Program-made: the position numbers and the translations under genes | Assembly (NCBI GenBank): GCA_051382295.1 | Contig: JBBCAW010000078.1 | Span: 1 to 64,000, forward strand | DNA from: Bdellovibrionota bacterium FG-1 | GTDB lineage: Bacteria > Bdellovibrionota > UBA1018 | Reading direction: 5' to 3' | Length of the DNA: 64,000 nt | The notes under the pieces: generated by a model | The model's input: the letters and a program-made list of their open reading frames with translations, nothing else | Told to the model about the DNA's origin: nothing | The model's database searches: none | In this document: positions 22,270-32,027 of the stretch, piece by piece | How the letters are laid out: the number at the start of each line of letters is the position of its first letter | Position numbering within the stretch: the first letter of the stretch is position 1

Positions 22270-23075
22270 GGACTGAGCGCAGAAATAAGTATCCCGGTAG
22301 CCACCGAAACATTCAGAGAAGTGACCTGCCCCTGCGCTGGAATTTTGCAAGTCACATCACAGGACTCTTCGGTCAGCCTCCGCATGCCCTTTTCTTCATT
22401 TCCAACGACCAACAACCAAGGCCGATCTCGCTCAACGGTCCGAAAACTTTGCTTCGCATGCTCCGAGGTCCCCAAAATCCACAGTCCAGAATCCTTGGCC
22501 ACTTCAAAAGCTCGCTGTAAATTCGTCTGAAGAGTAAAGGGAACATACTCGACCCCGCCCGAAGCAACATCGTAAACCGCTGACGAAAGAGGCGCCGACC
22601 GCTCCTGAGTCAACAGAATGCCCTGCACGCCGAAAAATGAGGCCGCTCGAAAAATCGCGCCCACATTGTGGGGATCAGTCAAACTATCCAGCGCCAGCCA
22701 AAGTCCTTTACCCTCGGCCCGCTCGCGCGCGCCACGAAAAAGCTCTTCGGCGGATACGCCTTGTCGCTCTTGAAGGGTGGCCTCGGCCACTCCCGTTCGC
22801 CCGCCAGCCTCACGCTCTCCGGTTTCAGTGCGTCGCTCTCCCCGAGACGGGCGCGACGAACTCACTGCGCCCCCGGAAATAACCTTAACACCCTTGGCGC
22901 GCGCCACCTGAATGACTTTAAGCCAGGCGTCACGCCCGACCGCGACCTCGACACCACTTCCGCCTTTTTGTTCACGCTCAGTCAAGCTCGCCGGCACCGT
23001 AATTTGAGTCACATCATGCGGACGAGTTTCGAGCGCGGCTAAAACACTATGCGGATTTCGAACTTGTAATGCCAC
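22266..23075 (-). CDS. rlmB: TrmH/SpoU-family RNA methyltransferase (RlmB-like)
   Basis: DPHNVGAIFR, VGNEEKGM and SLNVSVA motifs. Confidence 0.85.
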   Translation of the reverse strand: MALQVRNPHSVLAALETRPHDVTQITVPASLTEREQKGGSGVEVAVGRDAWLKVIQVARAKGVKVISGGAVSSSRPSRGERRTETGEREAGGRTGVAEATLQERQGVSAEELFRGARERAEGKGLWLALDSLTDPHNVGAIFRAASFFGVQGILLTQERSAPLSSAVYDVASGGVEYVPFTLQTNLQRAFEVAKDSGLWILGTSEHAKQSFRTVERDRPWLLVVGNEEKGMRRLTEESCDVTCKIPAQGQVTSLNVSVATGILISALSP

Positions 23076-23775
23076 TGAGCACTTCCTCTACTACTTTGCG
23101 CGGATCAGCCGCCTCAATCACTGGTCGGCCCATCACAATCGCACTGGCACCCGCCGCGCGCGCTTGAGAAGGCGTCATCACACGCGCCTGATCATGAGCC
23201 GAAAATCCTTCAGGTCGGATACCCGGAACCACAGTGTAAAGACTTGGAAACACCTTGCGAATCGCGGCAACTTCGAAAGCGGAGCAAACCACGCCATCAA
23301 CGCCCCACGCTGGCGCATGTTCAATCAAGCCATCCACAGATTGACTCACCTCGACAGCATGCCCCGTAATCGCCTTAGTTACTTCAGCCCATCTCACATC
23401 ATCAAACGAGGTCAGAACGCTCACTCCCAAGATTTTCGGCCTGAGCTCTGGAATTCCTTCCAGCTCCTTTACAGCCGCTTTAACCATCAAGCTCCCACCC
23501 GCCAAATGAAGCGAAAACATCTCTACCTGTAATAACGCCGCCTGTTGGACCGCTTTGGCAACCGTATTGGGAATATCGTGGAACTTGAGATCCAAAAAAA
23601 CCCGATTTCCGCAATGCACTAATGCGCGAACGAGGTCAGGCCCCCCCGTCATAAAAAGCTCAAAACCCACCTTGTAAATCACGGGCAACCCCTTGAGGGT
23701 CTCCACCCATTCCCAAGCACGATCGGGTCGTGAAAAATCCAAGGCAACAATCAGATCTGTGTGTTGGTCTGGCAT
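23047..23775 (-). CDS. pyrF: Orotidine-5'-phosphate decarboxylase
   Basis: IVALD, FLDLKFHDIPNTV, VPGIRP and DQARVMTP motifs. Confidence 0.97.
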   Translation of the reverse strand: MPDQHTDLIVALDFSRPDRAWEWVETLKGLPVIYKVGFELFMTGGPDLVRALVHCGNRVFLDLKFHDIPNTVAKAVQQAALLQVEMFSLHLAGGSLMVKAAVKELEGIPELRPKILGVSVLTSFDDVRWAEVTKAITGHAVEVSQSVDGLIEHAPAWGVDGVVCSAFEVAAIRKVFPSLYTVVPGIRPEGFSAHDQARVMTPSQARAAGASAIVMGRPVIEAADPRKVVEEVLSGITSSKSA

Positions 23776-25245
23776 TCAATAACTCCTAGCAAAAATCGCG
23801 CGAACGGCATTCCCTCCGCCGCAAACCATACATTTGCCCGGCTCATCAAACGGCTTAAACTGGGGATCCATCGGCAAGCAGCGGATCGTCGCCTTGGTTT
23901 CTTCTTTGACCTTTGCCTCGCATTCTTTGCCCTGGCACCAGCCGGTGACAAAAAATCCGCCCGGTTCTTCAATTTTCTTCTGAAATTCCGCGTAAGTTTC
24001 CACCCGAAAAGTGTTCGCATCGCGAAATTGCCGGGCCTTTTCGAGCAATTCTTTTTGCATCGCGGTCAACATCACAATCACGCGGGCAGGCGCGTCGGCG
24101 AGAGGCACAAACTCTTTGACGCCTATATCACGACGCGTGATCACGACTTGACCCTTATCTAAATCGCGAGGTCCGAGTTCAATGCGCACGGGCGTACCGA
24201 GAAGCTCGTGCTCAAAAAATTTCCAGCCCGCTTGCTTGGTTTCGTCCTTATCCACCAACACACCCACTTCATAAGGCATGGCGTGCTTTGGACCTTCATC
24301 GCGAATCATCGCAGCAAGGTGATCCGCCGCTTCTAACACTCGAGGCGTTTGATCCGCCTTGGCCATGATCGGCACAATCACAACGTGAGTCGCAGCTAAA
24401 CGCGGCGGAAGAACCAAACCCTTATCATCTGAATGGGTCATGATCATCCCACCAATCAAACGAGTGGACACGCCCCAACTGGTCTGATGCACGGTTTTTT
24501 GCTTTCCGTCTTTATCCAAAAACTTGGTTTCAAAGGCTTCGGCAAAATGGGTCGACAAATTGTGGCTGGTGCCAGCCTGAAGCGCTTTTTTGTCCTGCAT
24601 CATCGCTTCGATGCAATAGGTCCGAAGCGCGCCTGCGAATTTCTCGCTCTCCGATTTCAGCCCCGGAAGCACGGGAATCGCCAAAATTTCTTCGGCAAAA
24701 TCGGTATAAACCTTCAACATGAGGCGAGCCTCGTCTTCGGCTTCCTCCGCCGTTGCGTGACAAGTATGGCCTTCTTGCCACAAAAACTCGGTGGTTCGCA
24801 AAAATAGGCGAGTCCGCATTTCCCAACGGACCACATTGGCCCATTGATTAATGAGCATGGGCAGATCGCGATAGCTCTGAATCCACTTAGCGAACATCGC
24901 ATTAATAATGGTCTCGGAGGTGGGCCGCACGACGAGTCTTTCGTCGAGTTCCTTGCCACCCGCATAAGTCACGACCGCGCATTGAGGCGCAAAACCTTCG
25001 ACGTGCTCGGCTTCTTTTTTGAGAAAACTCTCCGGAATAAAGAGCGGAAAATAAGCGTTTCGTACCCCGGTTTTTTTGATGCGAGCGTCCAAATTCTTCT
25101 GAATTTGCTCCCAAATAGAGTACCCATTGGGCCGAATCACCATGCAACCCTTGACCGGGCTATAGTCAGCCAGCCGTGCTTGCAGCACAATATCTTGATA
25201 CCATTGAGAAAAGTCCTGAGATCGCGGTGTGATTTTTTCAGCCAT
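23776..25245 (-). CDS. proS: Proline-tRNA ligase (archaeal/eukaryote-like type)
   Basis: [37 protein letters not shown]-terminal ARSY. Confidence 0.97.
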   Translation of the reverse strand: MAEKITPRSQDFSQWYQDIVLQARLADYSPVKGCMVIRPNGYSIWEQIQKNLDARIKKTGVRNAYFPLFIPESFLKKEAEHVEGFAPQCAVVTYAGGKELDERLVVRPTSETIINAMFAKWIQSYRDLPMLINQWANVVRWEMRTRLFLRTTEFLWQEGHTCHATAEEAEDEARLMLKVYTDFAEEILAIPVLPGLKSESEKFAGALRTYCIEAMMQDKKALQAGTSHNLSTHFAEAFETKFLDKDGKQKTVHQTSWGVSTRLIGGMIMTHSDDKGLVLPPRLAATHVVIVPIMAKADQTPRVLEAADHLAAMIRDEGPKHAMPYEVGVLVDKDETKQAGWKFFEHELLGTPVRIELGPRDLDKGQVVITRRDIGVKEFVPLADAPARVIVMLTAMQKELLEKARQFRDANTFRVETYAEFQKKIEEPGGFFVTGWCQGKECEAKVKEETKATIRCLPMDPQFKPFDEPGKCMVCGGGNAVRAIFARSY

Positions 25246-25252
25246 GAGCTGG

Positions 25253-25281
25253 AACATAGTCGCTTGGACGTGGGCCGTCAA
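25253..25281 (-). promoter_or_regulatory. proS sigma70 promoter (leaderless geometry)
   Basis: TTGACG-17 nt-TATGTT, ending 7 nt before the ATG; no SD sequence. Confidence 0.6.
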
Positions 25282-25350
25282 AGAAAACTCGCTCAGGCCT
25301 CCGCGTCTCCGTTCTGAGCGGCAACTAACTTGAGTGGGCGACGCCCGGAG

Positions 25351-25520
25351 CTGCCTGGGCGCGGCAGTAAATCAAGTCAAGACGGGAGTCAGTAGCTCCA
25401 ACTGCCGTGTGGCGGCAGAAAACCCGGTTGAAGTAGGGGTGAGCGCCTCCAACTGCCGCATAGAGGCAGTAAACTCGACTGAGTCCCGAGTGAGTCCTCT
25501 CAACTGCCGGACAAAGGCAG
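25351..25520. repeat. Array of four CTGCC-N7-GGCAG palindromes at an exact 51-bp period
   Basis: CTGCC starts at 25351, 25402, 25453 and 25504. Confidence 0.9.
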
Positions 25521-25585
25521 TAGCTGAGGCAAACATCACTGCTGCACCCACACCTCAGCCCACCGGCCTCATCGAGAGAACAAAA

Positions 25586-26005
25586 TCAACGCTTCCGAAC
25601 CGCCAAGGTCAAGCGACTCACGCAAACTAGTTGGTCATCCTGATGAATTTTAATTTCCCACACCTGAGTGCTGCGCCCGAGATGAAGGGGCGAGGCCTTG
25701 CCGGTCACAAAACCGTCACGGCAAGAGTGAAGGTGATTGGCGTTGATCTCAAGCCCCACACAGGCGCTTTCCTGAGAATCCACGACCATGTTTGCAGCCA
25801 TGCTCGCAACGGTTTCCGCGAGGACGCACGAAGCGCCCCCGTGCAAGAGCCCGGCGGGTTGCTTAGTTCGATGATCAACGGGCATCGTGCCGACCAAAAA
25901 ATCGTCGCCGATTTCGGTAAACTCAATGCCGATGAATTCCATCATCGTACCGGCGCTTCTTTTGCGAAGATCTTCGAGGGTGTAAGACTTAAACCAAATT
26001 GCCAT
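25586..26005 (-). CDS. Hotdog-fold thioesterase (PaaI/MenI-like)
   Basis: QPAGLLHGGASCVLAET, VGLEINANH and GRSTQVW motifs. Confidence 0.92.
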   Translation of the reverse strand: MAIWFKSYTLEDLRKRSAGTMMEFIGIEFTEIGDDFLVGTMPVDHRTKQPAGLLHGGASCVLAETVASMAANMVVDSQESACVGLEINANHLHSCRDGFVTGKASPLHLGRSTQVWEIKIHQDDQLVCVSRLTLAVRKR

Positions 26006-27326
26006 GGGGAGCCTCTTTCAAAAAATTCTCAATATCGATTCCTCGAGCAAATTCACAATGAAAAGGAGTGGACGTGACGACCTGAAGTTTTGATTTTGGA
26101 AAAATCTTGGGAAACCACAAAAAATCCAAGGGGCCCGCTTTACCTCTTTTGACCTCGATTAAGCGACGGTCCTCGGTCACAAAATCCAACTCATGCTCGG
26201 AGGATTGCCAATAGTACATCAGTTCCGGGGTTTCCGCGCCACTCACTGCTGCCTTACGCCACAGTTCTTGCGCCACCAACCACTCCAGCCACTTCGCTTG
26301 TTCGGTCTCTGGCAGCCGCTTCCAATCTTCGACCGAACGAATCCGATCGGTACTGAAGGCAAGCGCTGCGAGAGAATTGATCCAGTGAAATTTTTTAGCC
26401 TTCTTGGGAATGGGGTGAAAATGTCCTGCTTCAACCGGTATCCCCTGGCTCAAGCAAAGTGTATCTTGCAAAAGGTCAAGATAACCCTGGAGAACGGTGG
26501 CATTCGCGACTCCGGCCTCTCGTGCGAGAGTGACCAAGGGAACGGGGTTTCCGCCGCCCTGAATGAGCCTCCGGGCGATCCAGGTCAAGAGAGTTCGACT
26601 TCGTCCGGCGGCCGCGCATTCGCCTAGAATCCAATCCCGCGTGAGTTCTAAAACATACTCGGGTAAAAAACCATGTGAGATAAATTCATTCGCCGCCAAG
26701 GGTGACCCCCCGGTCAAAAGATAAACAATCCACGAATCGGCTCCGAAATATTTGCGACATTTAGACTCAAATTCAGCATAAGATATTGGCGTAAAAACGT
26801 AGTTGGTCCGATTCAGCCGGCCCTTTCGCCCGGGGAGTCGCTCTTTGCCTCGTCTCAGATCAGTCGCCTTAGATCCCGTCGTGACAATCAGGATCTTGCG
26901 GCTCAGTCCCTCATCATAAACGCGCTTGATGGCTCGCTCCCAATTTTCTACCGCCGTGATCTCATCAATAAAAAGGCGCTTGATTGGTTGATCGGGCGAA
27001 AACGCCCGAATGCACTCAACCAGTTTTTCATACAAACGCTGCCAGTCGATGATTTCATCCCCATTCAATAAAAGCACAGATCCTGGTCCCCAGCGCCGCC
27101 AAGACTCCCATGCTTGTTGCTCTAACCAAGTGCTTTTACCAAACTGGCGGGCCCCTCGCACCAGAATGAGCCCCGGAGTTTCGGGTAATTGATCGAGCCC
27201 AAAATGCACATCGAAAGAAATAGCCTGGTTTTTTAGCTCCTCGATATTTGGAAATAACCCTGTTATTTCATACGAATGAGGCATCTCATTCTGAAGAAGG
27301 AGGGTATTTTTTGTCTGAACGTCCAT
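25989..27326 (-). CDS. AAA+ ATPase (AAA_14/DUF4143-like) with a C-terminal PD-(D/E)xK-like domain
   Basis: Walker A GARQFGKST, Walker B LFIDE, TGS motif, ELDFV...IEVK. Confidence 0.85.
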   Translation of the reverse strand: MDVQTKNTLLLQNEMPHSYEITGLFPNIEELKNQAISFDVHFGLDQLPETPGLILVRGARQFGKSTWLEQQAWESWRRWGPGSVLLLNGDEIIDWQRLYEKLVECIRAFSPDQPIKRLFIDEITAVENWERAIKRVYDEGLSRKILIVTTGSKATDLRRGKERLPGRKGRLNRTNYVFTPISYAEFESKCRKYFGADSWIVYLLTGGSPLAANEFISHGFLPEYVLELTRDWILGECAAAGRSRTLLTWIARRLIQGGGNPVPLVTLAREAGVANATVLQGYLDLLQDTLCLSQGIPVEAGHFHPIPKKAKKFHWINSLAALAFSTDRIRSVEDWKRLPETEQAKWLEWLVAQELWRKAAVSGAETPELMYYWQSSEHELDFVTEDRRLIEVKRGKAGPLDFLWFPKIFPKSKLQVVTSTPFHCEFARGIDIENFLKEAPHGNLV

Positions 27327-27367
27327 ACCGTATAGATTCTATACGCTGTGAACGTCTAGATCAAGAG

Positions 27368-27769
27368 CTATTGAATTTGCACGAGTTTTAACGGCGAGCA
27401 TCGGGCGATCGCCGAAAAATCTTGATCCGATGTGAGCAATTCCAAATCGTGATCCACAGCGGTTTTGGCAATCATCCAATCTCCGAGCCGTGGAAGATTC
27501 GCGCCGCTTCGAGCGCAGTTTCGATAGATCATAATCCAGTCGTCGAAACCCTCATTTTTGAAATCAAAGAAGGCCATCTGCCCAAAAGATTTTGCCAACT
27601 TTTTTCGATCGAGGTCCGAAGTAATTCCCCGTAGTACCTCAAAATAAATCACATGACTCACGCAGACTTCTTCGACGAGTTTATCGGCAAGCTTTTCTAA
27701 AAACCGAGTGCACTGGTTTTCCCTTTTTTTGAGCAGATCGATCCAAACACAGCTATCCACCAGAATCAT
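27368..27769 (-). CDS. vapC: PIN-domain toxin VapC
   Basis: MILVDSCVWID, EVLRG, DWMIA and LLTSDQDF motifs. Confidence 0.9.
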   Translation of the reverse strand: MILVDSCVWIDLLKKRENQCTRFLEKLADKLVEEVCVSHVIYFEVLRGITSDLDRKKLAKSFGQMAFFDFKNEGFDDWIMIYRNCARSGANLPRLGDWMIAKTAVDHDLELLTSDQDFSAIARCSPLKLVQIQ

Positions 27770-27778
27770 CTTCTTACC

Positions 27779-27991
27779 TTACCGTGACTCTTTGTAGTCA
27801 TAGTCAGGATTAAATTCGACTTGGCTTTGAATGATTTCTTTCAACGCCTGGGAACTAGTCACCAAGCGCATCAGAGCAAAATCAATCACGTCCTTCGTGG
27901 TAAAAAGACCGGCAGCCGCCCCCACAATCTTCTTCGCTTTTTTGAGCTTTTCCATATCGAGTTCGACATTCGTCCGCTTCATTTTTTTCAT
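27779..27991 (-). CDS. vapB: VapB-type antitoxin
   Basis: MKRTNVELD...TTKDVIDFAL...DYDYKESR; AGGAGG RBS; lies upstream of vapC. Confidence 0.85.
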   Translation of the reverse strand: MKKMKRTNVELDMEKLKKAKKIVGAAAGLFTTKDVIDFALMRLVTSSQALKEIIQSQVEFNPDYDYKESR

Positions 27992-28005
27992 GAGCTATAC
28001 CTCCT

Positions 28006-28041
28006 ATACACAAATATAGTCATTTATGTGTATGAAGTCAA
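28006..28041 (-). promoter_or_regulatory. vapBC promoter and operator
   Basis: TTGACT-17 nt-TATATT, overlapped by the inverted repeat ATACACA...TGTGTAT. Confidence 0.7.
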
Positions 28042-28172
28042 GACCCATAGGGCCCTAAATATGTTTACACATGTAAACACTCCGCCCTACTTTTTCATTG
28101 AATTTTAGCGGCAACCGACCGAACCTAAGATCATCCAAGCAGTAATAAACGCGGTTCAAAAAAGGAGATCTT

Positions 28173-28766
28173 ATGAAATTCAAAATTCCACTCTTTGCTC
28201 TCACGTGCTTTGCCCTAACTTCAGTAGCAGCCCAAGCTGCCGTCGTGGATCAGTTCGAGTGCCAGATTGATTTTAAAGCCGTGCCTCCAGCATCGGATGT
28301 TCATGGACAAGTCACCATGAGTTTAGCGCGAATAACAATGAATCCCGATGATAATTATTTTAAACCTCCTGTTGACACCGAGATGACATCGGCTAATGGG
28401 GGATTTTCTTTATCAAATGGGGACCACAAAATTAAAATCGGTGGTGATCTTTCTTATCTACATGCTTACCGTAAATTTCCTGATGGAACGATCCATGCGG
28501 CCCAGGTACGCCCTTGTTTGGGCATCAATATTGGCATCGCCGGAGGAATGCCATCGGCAATAGCCTGCTCTAGCGGAATCTCAGATGGACAAAACCCCTG
28601 GGACCCGCTCACCGACCCAACATGGACCCACGTCGCGGTCCGCGATGGTGTGCCTGATTTTGCCCCTGGCCCACTCAAATCACACACCCAGGTCAAAAAC
28701 TATGAAACCGGCGAAGTCTTCGGCGAAGCTGACATGAGCTGTATCTTCAAGGGCACCCTGCACTAA
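28173..28766 (+). CDS. Hypothetical secreted protein
   Basis: AAGGAG RBS, signal peptide ending AAQA, four Cys in the mature part. Confidence 0.75.
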   Translation: MKFKIPLFALTCFALTSVAAQAAVVDQFECQIDFKAVPPASDVHGQVTMSLARITMNPDDNYFKPPVDTEMTSANGGFSLSNGDHKIKIGGDLSYLHAYRKFPDGTIHAAQVRPCLGINIGIAGGMPSAIACSSGISDGQNPWDPLTDPTWTHVAVRDGVPDFAPGPLKSHTQVKNYETGEVFGEADMSCIFKGTLH

Positions 28767-29593
28767 TGGAACGCCCGGTGATCTTTGACTATCGAGCAGT
28801 CCCTGCTTTTGTGCAGGCGATGCTGGAGTGGCGCAAGGCTCAGGATCCGAAATTTTCGATCCGCCGCAGTCTCAAGGGCGCCATTCCCTGCTCTCCAGGA
28901 CTGATCACTCTGGTCGCGCAGGGTAAACGCAACCTCACACGAGAACGGGTCGAAGCTTTTGCCAAGATCTTGGAACTCAACCGCGAAGAAACGACTTACT
29001 TGGATCGTTGGGTGGCTCTGCAACGCAAACCGCACATGCCTACGGCAAGCGAAACAGAGCCATCCCAAAAGTCTTCGCCGGTGGTGCCCCGCCGACCTGC
29101 GGCTCAAAATCATCTGCTCACGAATTGGCTCAATGTATACGTCAAAGACCTTTGCGAACTCCGAGGATTTGAACCCGACCCCATCACCCTCTCGCGAATG
29201 CTGGGTGGGATTGCGACTCCCCGCCAGATTCAGCGGTCCTTGGATTTTCTCGTCAAAAATGGATATTTTAGACGCACGCTCAAAGGTCAACTCGTCAAGA
29301 ATGAGCGCATGACCGTCACCACGGACGATATTCCGGACGCCAAAATTAAGGCATTTCACAAAAATGCCCTCAAACTCGCCACTCGCGCGGTGGATCTCTA
29401 TCCCGTCGAACGCCGGCGGGCCAATGCTTTAGTGATAGCGCTCAATCAAAGCAGTGTTGAAGAATTGAAGACTTTGCTGAAGGATTTTTACGAACGACTC
29501 CTGGTGTTTCTCGAAGAACACCCGGATGATGATGAACAACTCTATCAAGTATTGCTCAACTTGACTCCGATCGGAGGGGCCTGTGAAAATTAA
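28766..29593 (+). CDS. TIGR02147-family protein (N-terminal HTH + DUF4423)
   Basis: IFDYR...KFSIR...GKRNLT N-terminus, IKAFH, ERR, and LYQVLLNLTP C-terminus. Confidence 0.85.
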   Translation: MERPVIFDYRAVPAFVQAMLEWRKAQDPKFSIRRSLKGAIPCSPGLITLVAQGKRNLTRERVEAFAKILELNREETTYLDRWVALQRKPHMPTASETEPSQKSSPVVPRRPAAQNHLLTNWLNVYVKDLCELRGFEPDPITLSRMLGGIATPRQIQRSLDFLVKNGYFRRTLKGQLVKNERMTVTTDDIPDAKIKAFHKNALKLATRAVDLYPVERRRANALVIALNQSSVEELKTLLKDFYERLLVFLEEHPDDDEQLYQVLLNLTPIGGACEN

Positions 29594-30632
29594 CTCAGTC
29601 GCCGGATTGGCTTTATTTCTTTTCATTTCTCTTACCTCTTTGGCCCAAGCCGGTGGAGGCTCCGCGATTGGCAACGGTGACGATGTGATGAGCCACTATC
29701 TCGAAGGAACACGAGACGCCATTCGCCAAACGCTGATTCGCCTGACCATCCCCGAAAATCAGGGCCCAATTTGCGCGTCTCAGAGTTCGCTCAATGATGC
29801 CCAAAAAGCGGAGTGCAAAGCGTTTATTTTAGAAACTCTTCGCCCCATGCTCGTCCTCAACTCGAGTTCCCATCCAGTACCCTTCTTGCTAAGAACTGAA
29901 CCCCTCCTCGTGGTCGGACCCGATGGAAAAGAGCGCCAAGTCGATGCACGCACCGACCTTGGGCCGGAGGGCGCGATCGAATTTGATTTCAATCGCACCC
30001 AATTCTATTCGCCGCTCCAGATTTTCACGTTAATGGCCCACGAATTCGGCCATAAAGTTCAGTTTCACGGTCGTTACACCGAGGACAATCCCCCGACCGA
30101 GGCCTTCCCCAATGGTCGAGCCCTGATCGACAGCGCAGCCTATGCCTTGGCCGCAGCGGCGCAGGATTTTCGGATTCTGGGTTCTTACTTTCTTTTGAAT
30201 GATCGGTGTTATTGCATTATCGATTACGGCGGAGGCGCGCAGCCCCTCGGGATTGAAGGTTATAGCCCGCGTTTTTTTGCTTCGCCCAAAAGCTTTGATG
30301 CTTTCGAAACGTCCATCGGTCGACGTCCCACGGACCTCAATGTTTTTGTCGACGAGTACGGCCGCTCGCGCCTCCACCTGAGAATAATCCTCACCGAACA
30401 AAACGGCTGCCGCAAGGATATCAGCTCGGGCCGCTCCACACGAATTGAGTTGGTCCGCGCATTTTTACCGCAACCTAATGGGGACGTGCCTCCAGAAGAA
30501 GTGTTGAACTCCGAGGATCAGCCCGGAAAAAATCCATTGTGCGAAGACTCCCCCGCTCCGCTGGAATTGCGCTATGGACGGCTTCATTTTAGCTGCCTGT
30601 ATACCGGGTCGTTTGGGCAGGCGGCGGAGTAA
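29583..30632 (+). CDS. Secreted protein with a GGGSAIGNG N-terminal motif and HExxH
   Basis: Signal peptide, AQAGGGSAIGNGDD, LMAHEFGH. Confidence 0.7.
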   Translation: MKINSVAGLALFLFISLTSLAQAGGGSAIGNGDDVMSHYLEGTRDAIRQTLIRLTIPENQGPICASQSSLNDAQKAECKAFILETLRPMLVLNSSSHPVPFLLRTEPLLVVGPDGKERQVDARTDLGPEGAIEFDFNRTQFYSPLQIFTLMAHEFGHKVQFHGRYTEDNPPTEAFPNGRALIDSAAYALAAAAQDFRILGSYFLLNDRCYCIIDYGGGAQPLGIEGYSPRFFASPKSFDAFETSIGRRPTDLNVFVDEYGRSRLHLRIILTEQNGCRKDISSGRSTRIELVRAFLPQPNGDVPPEEVLNSEDQPGKNPLCEDSPAPLELRYGRLHFSCLYTGSFGQAAE

Positions 30633-30637
30633 CCCCC

Positions 30638-31810
30638 CTAGCCACGCGGCCATTCCTTAAGAAAATTCTGCTGCGTCCAGACCGTTTTTTCGGGGACAAC
30701 GAGATTCAAATACGCCTTCGAAAGATTCACTGCGGCTGAAGACCATTTCACTTCGATCGCCCATTGCTGAGCGAGAACAAAATCCACTTCGCCGGCCTTC
30801 CCGCTCCAATACCCCAAGCGGCTATATCTACGAGCTAACGCTTCATGAGCAACCAACTCGGCCATAGCGGCATCATGGTTTTCCTCCTGCTTTTTGCCGG
30901 CAAGCTCAAGGGAAATTCGATAGAGCAAAGGATCCGTGAAATAAAATTTTCGATCCTTCCGAAATCGAAAGGCCCCTGTATCCAAATCTAGGGCGTGAAG
31001 CTGTCGCACGGCAAAGCAAGATTCAAGTACGGCAATATATTCTTGCACCGTATTGTGAGATCCAATTCGGGTTTTTTTGGCTAGAGTTTGAAAACTGAGA
31101 GGGGTTTGTAGACACAACGCAAGCTGAGCTAGAAGTTCCTTAAGATAGCTTTCTTGTTTTCCCAGTTTAACCATATCCCCCACTAACCAACGCAGATAAG
31201 TATCCATGGCCTGCGAAGGCTTGTGGCCTTGGGGACCCGCTTCGGCAACGGCGGATGGAAATCCACCCACACGAAAATACGCACGAAGTTCTTCCAACCG
31301 ATTTTCAGATAACCAGCCGGCCTGACGACGGGCCTGCTCAAACTCCTCGAAATCCATCGGAAGCAGGTGAGATTCACCGCCCCCATCAAACCGGCCCGGC
31401 ATTCGGTCCGCTCCTCGCCGCAAATCCTCGGCATGAGATCCCGTCACCATAAGGATATGAGTATGGCCCGAATCAACTTCGTGTTTGACCGCTCGGTCCC
31501 ATTCCTCGACAAAATTTACCTCGTCTAAAAGAACGATCCTTCGATCCCTCACCGACTTAAGAATCTCAGCAAGCTCCTTGTAGGAGGCTACGTTCTCACA
31601 GCTGAGATAAAAGCATTTTTCTTGATTTGCATAATGGGACAGCACTGCCTTGAGCCAAGAACTCTTTCCAATTTGCCGGGGTCCTCGAATGATATACAGC
31701 CCCGCCTTTTCGGGAATCCAAGGGATGGGTCGTTGAAAGGGCATCGAAGCAACCCTTTTGAGATGGCGGTCTGCCTTTTCCCAACCTTGGTTTTCCCAAA
31801 AATATTCCAT
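30638..31810 (-). CDS. AAA+ ATPase (AAA_14/DUF4143-like)
   Basis: GPRQIGKSS, VLLDE, TGS, GGFP and EVDFV...IEVK motifs. Confidence 0.87.
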   Translation of the reverse strand: MEYFWENQGWEKADRHLKRVASMPFQRPIPWIPEKAGLYIIRGPRQIGKSSWLKAVLSHYANQEKCFYLSCENVASYKELAEILKSVRDRRIVLLDEVNFVEEWDRAVKHEVDSGHTHILMVTGSHAEDLRRGADRMPGRFDGGGESHLLPMDFEEFEQARRQAGWLSENRLEELRAYFRVGGFPSAVAEAGPQGHKPSQAMDTYLRWLVGDMVKLGKQESYLKELLAQLALCLQTPLSFQTLAKKTRIGSHNTVQEYIAVLESCFAVRQLHALDLDTGAFRFRKDRKFYFTDPLLYRISLELAGKKQEENHDAAMAELVAHEALARRYSRLGYWSGKAGEVDFVLAQQWAIEVKWSSAAVNLSKAYLNLVVPEKTVWTQQNFLKEWPRG

Positions 31811-32027
31811 AGTTATAACTATATCACATTTTTGGTCAATAGTAATATCATTTTTGGTCAGTTCTAAATTCGTTTTTGGTCAATCAAATCACCCATCCCC
31901 TCGAATCGCAACAAAATGATGCGATTCGGACCCTGTCTTGATGCGATTTGGAGGCAACGTCCTATTTTTTCCTGAAAACAGGAAAACTACCCGGGGTAAT
32001 TTTCCGGAAAACGTGATAAATTAGGAC

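Noticed and set aside
25351..25520. CRISPR array
   Set aside because: The variable bases lie inside the palindrome, the 'spacers' share motifs, there is no constant repeat of 23 bp or more, and no cas genes are present.
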